Source of the DNA: Mobula hypostoma
Taxonomy: Eukaryota
Assembly: GCF_963921235.1 (NCBI RefSeq)
Contig: NC_086108.1
Coordinates: 34,412,001-34,476,000, forward strand
Direction of reading: 5' to 3'
DNA length: 64,000 nt
Shown here: positions 49,093 to 63,139 of the stretch, piece after piece
Numbering within the stretch: position 1 is the stretch's first letter
How the letters are laid out: each line of letters starts with the position of its first letter
Made by a program: the position numbers and the translations under genes
The notes under the pieces: model-generated
What the model was told of the DNA's origin: nothing
Seen by the model: only the letters and a program-made list of their open reading frames with translations
Database searches by the model: none

Positions 49093-50275
49093 AGTCATAG
49101 AAAAGTACAGCATAGAAATAGGCCCTTCAGCCCATCTATACTTTGCTGAAACATTTAAACTGTCTACATCCATCGACCTGTACCGGGAACGCAATAGCCC
49201 TCCATCCATGTACCTATCCAAACTTCTCTTAAATGTTAAAATGGAGCTTGTGTGCACCGCTTGTGCTGACAGCTTGTTCCACACTCCTACAACCCCTCAT
49301 CTTCCCCTTAAACATTTCACCTTTCACCCTTAACCCATGACCTCTGATTGTAGTACCACTCAACCTCAGTGGAAAAAGCTTGCTGCATTTACCCTATCTA
49401 CAGTATACTACTCAAAATTTAGTTTACATCTATCAAATATCCTCTCAACTTCCTACATTCTAAGTAATAACGCTCTAACCTATTCAATCTTTCCTTATAA
49501 CTCAGATCGTCCAGACCAAGCAAAATCTTTGTAAATTTTTTCTGTACTCTTAGACCTTATTTACATCTTTCCTATAGGTAGGTGACCAAAACTGCACACA
49601 GTTCTCCAAATTAGGCCTCACCAGTGTCTTATACAACTTCAACATAACATCCCATCTCCTGTACTCAACATTTTGATTTATGAAGACCAATGGGCCGAAA
49701 ACTTCCTTTACGGCCCTATCTACGTGTGATGCCACTTTCAATGAATTATGGACCTGTATTCCCAGGTTCCATTTTTCTACCATGCTCCTCAGTGCCCTGC
49801 CATTCATTGTGTAAGACCTACCCTGGTAGGTCCTACCAAAGGGCAACACCCCACACTAGGCGACATTAAATTCCATCTTCCATTTTTCAGCTGGTCTAGA
49901 TCCCTCTGCAAGCCATGATAGCCTTCCTCACTGTCCACTAGACCCCCAATCTTGGTGTCATCCTCAAATTTGCTGACCTGGTCAACCACATTATCATACA
50001 GATCATTGATATAGATGACAAACAACAACAGACCTGGCACCGATCCCTGTGGCACTCCACTAGTCCCAGACCTCCAGTCAGATAGGCAACAATCTACTAC
50101 CATGCTCTGGCTTCTCGTTCAAAGCCTATGACTAATCCAATTTACTACCTCATCTTGAATGCCAAATGATAGAACTTCTTGACCAACCTCCCATGCAGGA
50201 CCTTGTCAAATGCCTTACTAAAGTCCATGTAGACAACATCCACTGCCTTGCATTCATCAACTTTCCTGGTAACTT
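49093..50275 (-). mobile_element. CR1 LINE, RT through 3' end
   Basis: ORF 49804-50103 (SGVPQGSVPG...SKFEDDTKIGG) and ORF 49550-49849 (LYKTLVRPNLENCVQFWSP). Confidence 0.92.
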
Positions 50276-51160
50276 GGCTCAGTATATTTTTGGAGCACGG
50301 GTGGAATTGGTGAATCCTTTATCATCTATTGATTGACATTTATGCTAAGACATTTGGAAATGTTATGCTTAAGGTACCTTTATATCCATTGGTCTCACTG
50401 CAACCTCCTTTGATGGCAAGCAGTCACATCACCTCTACTACCGTAAACTGTCGATGAAGATACTCATTTTCAGGAACTCAAAGTATCCAAAAAAAAGTTA
50501 GCTGTTTTCTGGCCCATGTGTATTCCTAATACAACCGATACAGTTTTCAGTTCCAGTTGGGATCATTAATTAGTGCTTTGAAATCCCACATTAGATCACC
50601 CTACCTTATCTGCCGTCGGTCTCTTAATCTTAAATTAGTGTTTCTTTTGAGTGGTAAGTGAGTCAGAACAAGCCATGCCTATGAAGCGACTGTGAAAATC
50701 TTTGGCAGATGGTGAAGCTACATCCTTACTTCTCTTGTGTGCTAAAGCTGTCACTTCCTTTTCTAGATGACAGCAAAAGTTATTGGAATCGCTTAGCAGG
50801 TCAGGCAGCATCCGTAGAGAGAGAAATCAAATTTAAGTACAAGCTCCTTGCAGGTGGGGTTGGAGGAGGGGGGAGCAAGTTAGTTTTAACATTGCAGAAA
50901 AGATGGGGTAAGGATGGATTGGGAAAAAGAAATATCTCAGATAAGGTAAGGCGAGGCTAATTTATAGAGATCGATCGGTTAAGTGAGAAAATTAATGAAA
51001 CCTATGAAATGAGAGCTGTTAGAATTCATGTGACCTACTGAGTGTTTTTATTTCTGATTCTAATAGTTCAGTAGTTCCATTTTAATGTCAGAGAATGTGT
51101 ACAGTATACAACCTGAAATTCTTGTTCTTCACAGACATCCGCGAAAACAGAAGAGTACTC

Positions 51161-51816
51161 ATTAGATTAGATTAGATTATGAGGACACGCAGTCCTCTTT
51201 TATTGTCATTTAGTAATGCATGCATTAAGAACTGATACAATTTTCCTCCAGAATGATATCACAGAAACACAAGACAAACCAAGACTGAAAAACTGACAAA
51301 AACCACATAATTATAATATATAGTTACAACTGCAAAGCAATACCATAATTTGATAAAGAACAGACCATGGGCATGGTAAAAAAAAAGCTTCAAAGTCTCT
51401 CAAAAGTCCCATCATCTCATGCAGACGGGAGAAAGAAGAAAAACTCTCCCTGCCCTGAACCTCCAGCGCTGCAAACTTGCCGATGCAGCACCCTGGAAGC
51501 ACCCGACCACAGCCGACTCTTGAGTCTGACCGAAAACTTTGAGCCTCTGACCACCCCTCCGACGCCGAGCACTGAGCACCATCTCTGCCGAGCGCTTTGA
51601 CCCCGGCCCTGGCGACAGGCAGTAGGCAAAGCCGAGGATTTGGGGCCTTCCCCTCCGGAGATTCTCGATTGCACAGTAGCAGTGGCAGCGAAGCGGGCAT
51701 TTCAGAAGTTTCTCCAGATGTTCCTCCGTGCTTCTCACGTCTGTCTCCATCAAATCAGGACTGTGCAGGGTACCTACTTAACAAATACCGCTATCATTTC
51801 GGAGTGGCCGCGCGCT
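51161..51816 (-). mobile_element. Young CpG-rich non-autonomous retroposon with a Rex-type 3' end and (AATCT)n tail, nested in an older related element (about 51065-52200)
   Basis: (ATTAG)n at 51161; TTTATTGTCATTTAGTAATGCATGCA...TGATATCACAG resembles Rex tails; no RT-like ORF. Confidence 0.6.
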
Positions 51817-53539
51817 CTGAAATGAGTGACGGTAAAAAAACATTAGAACCCCAAAGCCCTCACTCACCCTCCTATGCACAAGCAGCAGCAAAGCGTCGAC
51901 CCTCGCCCTCCCCCATGTACTTCAGCAAAAATAGCATCAGCACCCTCCACCCACCAAACAAGCAAAAGCAGAGCCCCCAGTAAGGACCATGATCTGCGGT
52001 ACAACAACAACTAATCATTCATCCAACATTTTGACATATCACAGGCTCTCTGTCTCCCTAATAAAGGGACAGAGAGGTGTCTGAGAGCCAGTGGGGGGCG
52101 GGGAGGAGACTAACAAGACAAAAACAAAACAGTTGCTGATTTACAATTTTAAACTTACTCTGAGTAGCAAAAAGTTTAAAAAAATAAATCAACATTAAGT
52201 AACAGCTTGATGTCTTGAAAAATATTGAAAGTAAAACCACTTGTTTTTGAAACTGCAAACAGGAGGCATTTCGACACCTTTAATACAAGCGAGTAAGCTC
52301 TAGCTGGGAACAGGACCTCTAAGCAAATTGCACACCATTTATTCTGGGGCATTCCGGCAAGAAGAGGAAAGCCCATAAGCTATTGGTGAAGTCCCCCCAC
52401 TGTGTGGGACCCTTGTGTACCTGGAAATGCTCATACTCTGAGAAATAACAGCAGTTCCATTCGTTGCTGTGGACTCTCAGCTGGTTCCTTATATTATCCA
52501 GCCCCTTTTCTCCTATCCCACACCAATCACGCTCAGATTTTTAAAAAATTTTGATGTTTGTTCATACTGAGAAGGCAAAGAAGGCCTTTCATCTCTATGT
52601 AAATTTTTCTCCCATGGCTTTCCTTTTTTCTCTTCAGTGCTTCTGGAATCACGTTGGTTGTCAGTCTATAGGTGTAGTGCCTAGGTTGGTATGAACACCA
52701 GCTCACCAGCTGTAGTGTTCCGTCTCTCCCCTCTGCCTTTGTCATCCTGACTGATCGGGAATTTAGTCTGTGTGCTTCTTCACAAATATGCTGCTTACCC
52801 AAAGAAAAAAAGTGCCATATTTTGTATTACTGTACATGTTCCACGACCTTGTGTTGTCTCAAAGCACTTATAAAATGTAATTGCTATAGTAACACAGATA
52901 TCGAGGCAAGCAATTAGCACACAAGTAGTACTACAATAAAATAAACTCAATAATTGTTTTTTTTTAAATGTTGTTTTGGGGACTTGGATGTGAAAGGTCA
53001 CCTTTCAGAGTCTTTTCAGAATAGTTTATTGAAATTTACATCCATGTAAGAGGCCCGAAGGGGCTTTGATTTAAATGTTTCAAATTAGAAGTGGCCAGTA
53101 GACTCACGCTCACTCAGCACTATAGTGGCTTGTCACTCTGGTCTTCTGCAGTCATATCCTGCCCATCAGTGAATATGGGCAGAATACAAGGGCTCGAGTG
53201 TAGAAATCTAGGATGGCTGGTGTATGTCTATTCAGGACATAAGTAAAACTGTTGGTATGAATGTATCTCCATATCACCCCTTGATGAAAGCAGGTATTGT
53301 GCCACGAATCTCATTCTGGCTTCACCTGGTTTGAGATAAATGAATTCTAGATTTTAAAAGGATATAAAAGGAGATTTTAAAAGGATACCCAGCCAGAGGT
53401 TTAAATTTTGAAATCACTAGCTTTGCCTAAGCTTAAAGCCACGCTTATTTGGAAAACGTGTCTTGAACTGCACAAAGTTACGATGTTCAAAAATCTCCTC
53501 CACCACCCTAAGTTCTCCATTTGCCACAGGCTGCACTTG

Positions 53540-53865
53540 TAACATTTACAGAAATCACCGCAATCATTCACTAAAGCCAAGCCCATAGCACCTACAAAAC
53601 CCATCACTTCTACCAGCAAGAAAGATGAGTGTTTGAAACTCCACCAACTGCAAGTTCCCTGCCAAATCTCACACCAAGCCCTGACTTGGAAGTATATTGC
53701 CACTGCAGTGTCACTGGGTCCCAAGTCCTGGAATTCATTCCCCAACAATGTTGTGGGAGTATCTGTCTCGCAAGGACAGCAGTGATTCAAGATGATCATT
53801 CCCAATCCCCAGCTCGAGCGCAATCAAGGATAGGTGATAAATGCTGGCATTGCCCAGATCTCTAA
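53540..53865 (+). mobile_element. Old LINE 3' end (clade uncertain)
   Basis: CCTGACTTGGAAGTATATTGCC...GTCACTGGGTCCCAAGTCCTGGAATTC...ATAAATGCTGGC resembles a LINE tail I recall from sharks. Confidence 0.45.
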
Positions 53866-55544
53866 CCAATCGACGTTACATTTTAAGAAAAGCCTCGTCT
53901 GAAATACAAATGTGCTAGACTTAGAACTTCAAGTGGAACTAAGTAAAGTGGGTTCAAGTGATTTTTAAAATCTTTTTTATTCTGTTCTGAAATATCTCAA
54001 ATCGCATGTGTCCACATCTGCAGAAACAGTGGATAACGTCTTCAGTGGTTAGCTGAAACCAGATGATCATCTTTATGATGTTGTATAACAGCTGTTCTTA
54101 TTTACACCAGTTCGTCATACTCCATGGGCCATATCCTTGTGGCAACTGATCATATTTTACTTTCTACTGTCTCTTTTAGCCCAGAACATATCTCCCATAA
54201 ATCTTAGATGTAGTGTTTATTCATTCAGATTTCTTCTAGTAATTAAATGCCTCTTTCCCACTTTTGAGCTTTGCAACCTTGACCCTGACCCACCCACGTT
54301 TCCCTTCCTTACTGCTTGTACATTGTGATGGAGCCACAACATAAAGATTTTTACTCCCTCACGTTGTGAAATGGATGCAAGGAAAAAAAAATTCTAATTC
54401 TAATTCTTTTGAGCAAAGGTGGATCTATGCTTGTATGTGCATTTTCAAAACTACTTTGTAAACAATGAGTGTAGGAACCCTACTAATATATATCACAATT
54501 GAAGTTAATGAATGGCAATTTTATATTAATGCTTCCTATTAAATGCTCATGCAAAATTCGAGAGATCATAGTGAGATTTTGGAAAATCAGTTACGTTGTC
54601 TTGACTGATTGTATGAATGATAATATTTTTGGGTAAAGTGCAGATTGCATGCACTGTCCTTTATGGCTCCAAGGGTTTACAAATTATGCGTCTGTTAATA
54701 TGTTGTCTGAGGAGGACAAAAGTCTTTGCTTGCCTTGGATGAGTCAAATTGCATTAGCTTTTAGTGAATGGTGGATCAGATTCCTGTTTAGAGTGCTTCA
54801 TTTAAAGCCTTTAAAGTCCCTTTCCAGCAAAGGCTTGCTACTCGTCGAAATGTGCCAGTAGATCACCACCTACAGACCATTGGACAGGGACCACTACGTC
54901 TGATTTTTCAACCGTTCCGCAGTTGGTTTGATTAAACCAGAAAAATGCCTGGCCAGGCCAATGGAGAGAGAAACAAAAGTAATATTTCAGCTCCATGATC
55001 TTACAATTACCCCATTGGGACCTGAACTGGGAAATTTCATGACTCAGTTCCTGGATCACCTTAATACAGAAATATTTAGAAAGGATAATGGCCACATTTC
55101 TTTGTCTGGTCTTGTCTGATTTATCTGTGGTAATGGATGTCTGATCTAACTCATGCAGCTCATCTCCTCGCATCTGAAGCTCAGTAGTATTTTTAAAATT
55201 ATTTTTCTAGTTTCTCACTTGTTTGTTTACCGATTACAACATTTTGAGAACGAGGAGGGGGTACAGTGTAAAAAGCATCAGACCGTGTTCTGCATTAATG
55301 AAACGGGACTCCTTCTCCATCAATATCTTGCCTTTAGAAATTCCAAAATCCTGTAAAGTGTTGGTAAAGAAATCAGTCACTCAGTAAGCCACGATGGCCA
55401 GAGTGGAACGGAATGGAACAAATCTGACAGCTATGGAGATGCTGAGCTGGTGCTGAAAAGATTAGCTATCCATTAATTCCCATCAGTACTGCTTCCTGTT
55501 GCAGAGGTGAGTTTAGGCTTGGAGAAGGAAGTGGGAGTGGTGAA

Positions 55545-56575
55545 TGGTTTATTATTGTCACGTGTACCAAGGTACAGTTTAAAAAAATCTTGTCTTGCGC
55601 AATATGCACAGAGATAAGATTGCTACGGCAGTGGATTGAGGTAGTTCAAGATAAAGACAATAACAATGCAGAATAAAGTGTTAGTTATAGAAGAAGCACA
55701 GTGCAGGTTGTCAGTAAGGTGTCAGTTTATAACAGTGTAGATTACGAGGGTAAGTTCTATTTTATCATATTAAGAGATCATTCAATAATAGTGGGATAGC
55801 TGTCTTTGAGCCTGGTGGTATACACTTTAAGGATTTGTATCTTATGCCAGAATGGAGTGAAGGTCCGGGATGTGTGGGGTCTTTGATTACGTTGGATGCT
55901 TTACGGGGGCAGCCAGAAGTGTAGCCAGAGGCCATGGAGGGGAGGCTGGTTTTTGTCATGTACTGGGATGTGTTGACAGCCTTTTTCAGTTTCTTTTGAT
56001 CACGTACAGAGCCGTTGCCATGCCAAGCCGTGATGTATCTGGATAGGATGCTCTCTATGGTGCATTGGTAAAAGTTTGTGAAAGTCAAAGGGTATGTACC
56101 AGATTTCTTCAATCTCCTAAGAAAGTAGAGACATTTTTAAGTTTTCTTGGCCCTGGCATCCATGTAATAGGACAAAGACAGGTTATTGTTGATGCTCACT
56201 CCTAGGAACTGGAAGCTCTGAACCCCTTTGTTCTCAGCACTGTTATAATAAACAGGAACACGTGTACTGCTTCCCTTCCTGAAGTCAATGGCCAACTCTT
56301 CCATTCTGCTAACATTGAAGGAAAGGTTTCCACGATGGCATGTCACTATACTCTCTATCACCCTCCTGTACGCTGACTTACTGTTATTTGAGAGACAGCT
56401 CAATATCATGGTATCTTTTGCAGACTTGTAGATGGGGTTAGAGGAGAGTACAGCCAAGCAGTTGTGAGAGTACAGGCAGTCGAGTAAGTGGTTGAGGCCA
56501 CAGCCTTGTGGAGCACCTGTGTTTAGAATAATTATGGTAGAGGTGCTGTTGCCCATCTTTGTTAATTGTGGCCTG
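55545..56575 (-). mobile_element. Rex1/Babar LINE, RT through 3' end
   Basis: ORF 56137-56658 (LNTGAPQGCGL) and ORF 55765-56112 (NFYQCTIESILSRYITAWHG). Confidence 0.88.
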
Positions 56576-57497
56576 TAACTGACACTCAGTTTATTTATTT
56601 CTATGTATGGGCTTTCTGCTTTTTTAACATCAATTGAAATGAGACTGTTAACATACACAGCTGCACATCTGGAGAGTTTTGGAATGATTTAATGTACATC
56701 TCTCTCACCCCATGACCTTGTATTTAACAGTGCCAGGTTATAACTGGCACAAAGTATGAGATGACTGTTCATTCAACTTCCCCAGCTGTAGGTAGGGTCT
56801 AGGAACAGTTATTAACTCGTGTAAGGATCTGAATGTTTACCTTTAACATCTGTTTCTATCTCTGCTATTACCTTGGGTATTTTCACAGTACTGATGCACC
56901 AGGACTCTTGCCTTCTCTTCCTTGCAAGATCATCAGCCCTTTTTTCCAGCTGCTTCTGCTGTAAAACCACCCCTCCCCTTCTCATTTCCCAATGTCCATA
57001 ATGAACTTGGGTAAATTGTTCAAATGGTCCAGGCAACCCATCTGATCAAAGCACAGGTCAGACACAGCAATAATAAGATAGTTGTTGGCAACAGGGTAAT
57101 AAAGCAATGATGTATTATGGTTGAATACTGGGGCAAACAAGGCACTAGGGAAGGCGGAAATACTTCAGATATATCCTTCAATTTGCTAATGTTGGTACGT
57201 AGAGTCAGCATTAGTATAAAGTAAAGCAGGCTATTTTATATAACTAGTGCAAAACTGATCCACAGAAGAAATAAGTCCCAAAATACATTAAGGCATAGAA
57301 AAGCTGCTGAAGAAAAAAAAGGGTTAACTTGCATTACAACAAAGGTTTCACTAAGTGGTAATGCCTGAAGCTAGCTAAGTATTCTGCAATGTCTCCTCTG
57401 CACTTCAAAAAACTTGCTGAATCAGAAAGATTAGGTACATGAAATAAGTCGTACGGCATTTTGTTTATTTTTGATGATACAATGAATTGTCTTTTAT

Positions 57498-58045
57498 TAG
57501 AATCAGAATCAGGTTTATTATTGCTATCTTACTTAATATGATGTGAAATTTGTTGTTTTATGACAAACACAAAACTGCTATAAATTACAGAAGAAGTAGT
57601 GCAAAAAAAAAGCAATTAGGTAGTGTTCATGGATATATGGACTGTTCATGAGTCTGATGATGGAGAGAAAGAAGCTGCTTCTAAATCTTTGAGTGTGAGT
57701 CTTCAGTGTCCTGTGCTTCTTCCTTGATGGTACTAATGAGAAGAGGTCATGTAATGGATGGTGAGAATCCTCAGAAGGTGGATGCCACCTTCTGGAAGAT
57801 GTTCTTGATGGTGGGAAGCCTTGCACCCCATGATGGAGGTGGCTGGGTGTGTAACCTTTTGCAGCCTCTTGTGATCTTATACTTTCGAGTGTCTGTATCA
57901 GGCTGGATGCAATCTGTCAGAATGTTCTGCACTATACATGTATAGGAATCTGCAAGAGTCTTTGATGACATACCAAATCTTCTCAAACTCATGAGGAAGA
58001 AGAGCCTCTGGTGTGATGCCTTTATGATTGCAATGTCCATGTGTC
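57498..58045 (-). mobile_element. Rex1/Babar LINE 3' end
   Basis: (AGAATC)2 tail; ORF 57771-58040 (QRLFFLMSLRRFGMSSKTL). Confidence 0.85.
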
Positions 58046-59421
58046 AATGTTCTTGCCCTTCCCAATGTTCCTTTGCAAGTTCGGAGAAGATAAGTTGACT
58101 TTAAGTTAATTGATGGTACATCCTGAACTGAAGGAATTTTGGGTAATATATATTCCACCCATATATGTCTTGGTTGCATCATAACTTTGAAAACCACCAT
58201 ATTAGAGACTGAACTTCATAACATGATGCCTTAAATTTACGCAAACCTGCCAGGTGGTGAAATATTCCAAGGTAGCTCTCAAACATATTATCAAATATCT
58301 TTTGGACACATTGTCTTTGACTTATTAGAACTGAATCTTGGTCGCAGAGCTATGTTCTTACAAAAGGAGAGAGAGGGTTTTATGAAGGGAATTCCTGAGT
58401 GTAAGCAGAGGCAGGACAATTACTAAAGATTACTCGGTTGGTTTGTGTTGAGCTAGAGAAGAAGGGAAGGAGAGACATTGTGGAGGATCTTTAAAGGAAA
58501 TGGAGGGGAAGCTTAAAATTCAGTCATTTGTGAACTCGAAACCAGTCTAAGTCAGCAAGCCTGGGTGATAGAGTTAGCTCGGATACAGAAAGCAGGGTTT
58601 TGATTCCTGCAAGCTTATTCATTTTTTGCCCAGTTGCTTAAAGTTAAGAGCTAATAAACTTCAAACATAACCAGTGAAGCAATTTCTTCTAAATCTAAGT
58701 AAAACACTAGGTTGCAATGAAGAATACCCAAGTGTAAGTAAAAGATTTTCTGTTGGTGGACTTGCTTGAAAGAGCCTTGAATCAGTGCATGTTCAATGTT
58801 GCTACAGCTGTTCTTTATAAAGAGACGGATATCATACAACCTGCAACAAGGAGTTTGTATTTTTATGAAGGTGTGGTGATGCAGTACCATACTGCATTAA
58901 GTTAACTTATTTCCTCAATCACTCTGATTCATAGTGATTTGCAATAGCATTTCTCCTTTGAGTAGCTATTACAGTACCAGTACTGAAAGGCATGTGGATT
59001 TAAAATAGGAAGTCACTTATGCTGTTCTAAAAGTGATAACCATTATCCTTTTTCATTAACAGTTCCATTGTGTTCAGTGCAAAACTGCTTATTTTAATGT
59101 CTCAATTGCTTCATTTATCTACCAGCAGAAACAGCTGTGCTCACTTGTACACACATCATTGAGATTTCTATTTCATTAAATCCACCAAATGTATCAGTCC
59201 CTTGTTTTCACATTTGGAATATTTTGAAGTGCTATACTGTGATTTTTCTTGTTCATTTGGAAAATCCATAAAATGAGTTCTCAAAAGTGGTTGTTTGTGA
59301 CGGGAACTTTGCAGATCTCATAGACTTGTTCTAGTGACAAATTGTGTAACCCAACTAAGGCAGGTATACTGTTGCTTAATGGTGATCAAGATTTAAGAGA
59401 GAAAAAGACTGGTTTTGATTA

Positions 59422-59489
59422 TACCTTATACTTTATACTTTATTGTCGCCAAACAATTGGTACTAGAATGTACAATCATCACAGTGATA
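59422..59489 (-). mobile_element. Approx. 70-bp extreme 3' tail of the Rex family seen at 22873-23381
   Basis: (TACTTTA)n-TTGTCGCCAAACAATTG matches 22880-22940 and is flanked by a TTTGATTA direct repeat (59414-59421, 59490-59497). Confidence 0.8.
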
Positions 59490-62400
59490 TTTGATTAAAG
59501 TAGTTTTGTAAAATAAGCCCATTGATAGTATATTTTTATTGAAAGTAAATTCTTATATGCTTAGGTGACGTGACTATGCCTTCTTAATTTTAGAATTTCT
59601 GCAGTGTTAAACTTGGATTTTAATATGGAAAAGCAACGAAAAGGCATTCAGTGCACAATGAAAATGCTGTGTCTCTTTATCATGTTAAGGACTTCAAGGT
59701 CTGTAAGTTACAAAACTATGATAAAATGCATGGATCCCACCAACCATAAAAGAAACTGTGATCTATCACTCTGATTTAATGCATCCAATTTTAGATATAT
59801 AAATTTCTAGTCATGTCACAGTGGCTAACAAGATTATTGTGATTCAGTTTGCAAAAGGTGTTTGAAACCAAAATGGAAATGTTACAAGAACTCAGCCACT
59901 CAGACAGCATTTAGGGAAAGAGAGATCATTCAGGGTTCCAGGTCAATGAAGTGACCTCTTCAATGGTACGCTATCTACAGATCCTTTCTACAGATGCTGC
60001 TTGATATTGATGTTCTTGCTTCACATTCCAGCATCTGCAGTTTAGTTTTTTTCCCCCCAAGGAGTAAGGTGAAGTTGGATAAAATTCAAACCTTAAAAAA
60101 ACTGATACTTGAACATTACAATTTGACATTTAATCTCAATCAGGTGTTAAATTTGATTAAAGCTGTGGTTATAAATGTTCCAATTAAAAATCTTGGGGAA
60201 AAATGCCATATCTACCTTATATCAAGAGTTTTAGCTTCATAAATTTAAAACATTATGATTTAATCACAATTCAACAGTCTTATCCTTTTTTATATGAAAA
60301 GTTAAGAAACGACAGGGAAAGAGGGCATTGACCAAATTAGACTTTGAGCTCCTAGGCTTTATTGTTAAATACATGCTTGTTTAGAGTGCAATCAATGTTT
60401 GTGTTTTGTTTGATAGGGGAGGTTTACAATGTGTATGATTATCAGCTTTAAACTTTATATATGATGCATCTCATTATGTTTTATGTCTGTGTGAAGGTGT
60501 ACCCTTCAATCTCAAAAAGTCTGAAATGCCTGCTATACAAATTTGTAACTGTTGCTCAGTCATGCACTCGATCATTGAGATCTAATAAATATTTGCTTGC
60601 CATGTTTTACAACTTACAGGGTACCTTTTGAACCTCTTAGGAATTTTCATTAAGTTGTTCATTCCCTTGTACCTAATACCTGTGTTGACTGATCCACCAG
60701 GAATGTAAGAGTTCATAAAATTCTTTCTCCAGTGTTTTACAACTTGTATTACAAATGGATAGTGGGAGGCAGTATATCTTGAAACCTGAGCAGGCATATC
60801 TGTGACTTCAGCATTATCTGGTGGAACTTTCCCATTTGTCACCATAATAAATCATTTGTAATTACTGATGATAAGGTCCAAGTGGAGGGCAATGTTTAGA
60901 ATCAATACAGAAATGTTGACAAAGCTGTTAAATCCTTCAAATTTCTTGATTGCTTCCTATTGTGGTTATAATTTAATTTTGTACAATATTGTTATCTGAC
61001 CTGTTAAAGAATAAAGATAAATAGAATAGTTTAAAACAAAATCTTAAAACAGTGCTGTGATATTCTTCAGTATTTCTTTATCAAGAAATACTTTCTCACA
61101 ATTTGGTGCTTGTGGTTCTAATGGAGAGCAGGTTGATACTAACCACAGTTAAGTCTCCGCTCTGCACATTATTTAGCATGACGTGCTGTTTTATGTATGT
61201 AGTGACTCCCTTGCTCCCTCTCTCTTTTCTCTTGCTTTATACAGATAAACTTTTCATAAACTCTTGTAGATTACAGGCAGAATTATTTTCACAAGAGTAT
61301 CTCATAGGCTGTAGAGTGCTTTGGGACATTAATCTATTTATCTCTCTCAATCTTTATTTGATTTTTAACTCTACATATTATAATAAATTATTACATAGTT
61401 GTAACTTAGACCTGAATTACACAATCTAGTTTGGTCTGTGTGCTTTGACACAGAAAATATAACACTTTGGGATAAGGTTCCCTTAATTGGTATTCTAACA
61501 GAGAAATTAACATACTTACTTAAAAAGGAATTGTATTTCCGCTGAAGTTAGTAGATGGCAGATTTCATTTGAAATGATGAATTATTCATATGTTAATATT
61601 TAAAAAGTGTAGTTTCAATGACTATGAATTGCGCAAAGCAAGATAATCAGCTCACGTTCCCAGAATACGCTAGCATTTTATAACTGTTGCAAAATGAATT
61701 AATGTGTTGCTTGAGGGATCTTATTACAGCCACTGAAATACATTCAAAATAATTGATTTACATGTGGCTTATGTTTTGTATAAAAACAGAAATCAATTCA
61801 CTAATGCCAGTCTTTTAGACTTCAACCTAAGGCAGCTTGAAGTTGCAAGTGTTATGGAATCAAATTGATTCAGAACTTCTATGGAATGGGTATCTTCAGG
61901 CAGACCAATATAAATCTATTAATGTATTACGTTTTGACTTTTCAACTGTTTTTGTTTTTCAGAAAAGCATTGTAAGAAACATTAACTTGTGAGTGAATTG
62001 AATGTTAATTGCCTTGTTTACCTACACCTTTCACAGAGGATCCATATTTTCAGTTCATTCTTTGCATTTATGACATTGTTAACAAAAGGATCCAATGCTA
62101 TATCCTTTATTCCTTCATATGCTGGCTTGTCTTGTTAGAATCCTTCATTACATGTAAATGCCATCCCTATCCTTTATGACACTGAATTTTTTCAGTCGAC
62201 ATTGGAATATATGTCATAGGAGAAAGCGTAACCATTTGGTCTTTCCAGCTTGATCACTGTTCATTACACCATCGAACTCAGCATTTTTGTTTCCTGGGCC
62301 CCAGAACCCTTGACTCCATTATGGATTCCTTATCTTCAGCATCTCTACCACTCAATGACCCAGCTTTCTGGGAGAATTCCAAAGATTCCTGACTCCTGAC

Positions 62401-63139
62401 AGATGACATTCCTCCTCCTCCTCCTCCTCTGTCTTAAAACTTTGAGCCTCCCACCGCGCCCCCCCCCCGCCATTCTGAACCTAGTTCAAGATTCCCAAAA
62501 GGGAAATAGTTTTCTCAACATTAACCTTACCAATCTCCTCAGAGTCTTCAACTCAATTCAATTTTAATTGTTATTCAACCACACATGAATGTCAATGAAT
62601 ACAGCCAAACAAGACAGAGTTATGCCGGGGTCAAGGTGCAAAACACAGTACTGTGCCAACAGTCACACATGGCATGTACAAGATAGCAAGTGCACATAAG
62701 ATATCAGTAAACTATAACCACAGTCTATGAATGTCGCAGAAACCTGCAGTTGACCATAATACAGCTTGTCTTCTGCCGAGCAAACATGGGGGTCACGCCA
62801 CCCCCCACTGGAGCACACTGGCTTGTACTTTCCAATAAGATTGGCTCTCATTTTACTGAACTTCATTGAATATAGACTCATGAGTCACAGAATTACATAG
62901 CATAGCAACAGACCCTTCAGCCTATTGGCTCCATGCTGCATATTATGCATATAAACACACATTAGGTCTGTACCAGAAACTTCCTTCTCAAATATCCTTC
63001 AGAAGACAATTCCTTTATTGCAGGAATTAACCTAATAAACATTCTCTGAAGAGCCTTCAGTGCAAGTTTACATCCTTTAAATAAGGGAATCAAAACTGTA
63101 CACAGAATGCTGCTTATCCTATCCTGTTAACTGGACATC

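Noticed and set aside
54828..54935. Possible phase-0 alternative terminal exon of NOS1AP (QRLATRRNVPVDHH...)
   Set aside because: Acceptor is weak, and the peptide does not resemble NOS1AP exon 3 (YEFKAK...); consistent with chance.
60582..60845. 87-aa antisense ORF in intron 2
   Set aside because: No recognisable homology or splice context; length is within chance expectation.
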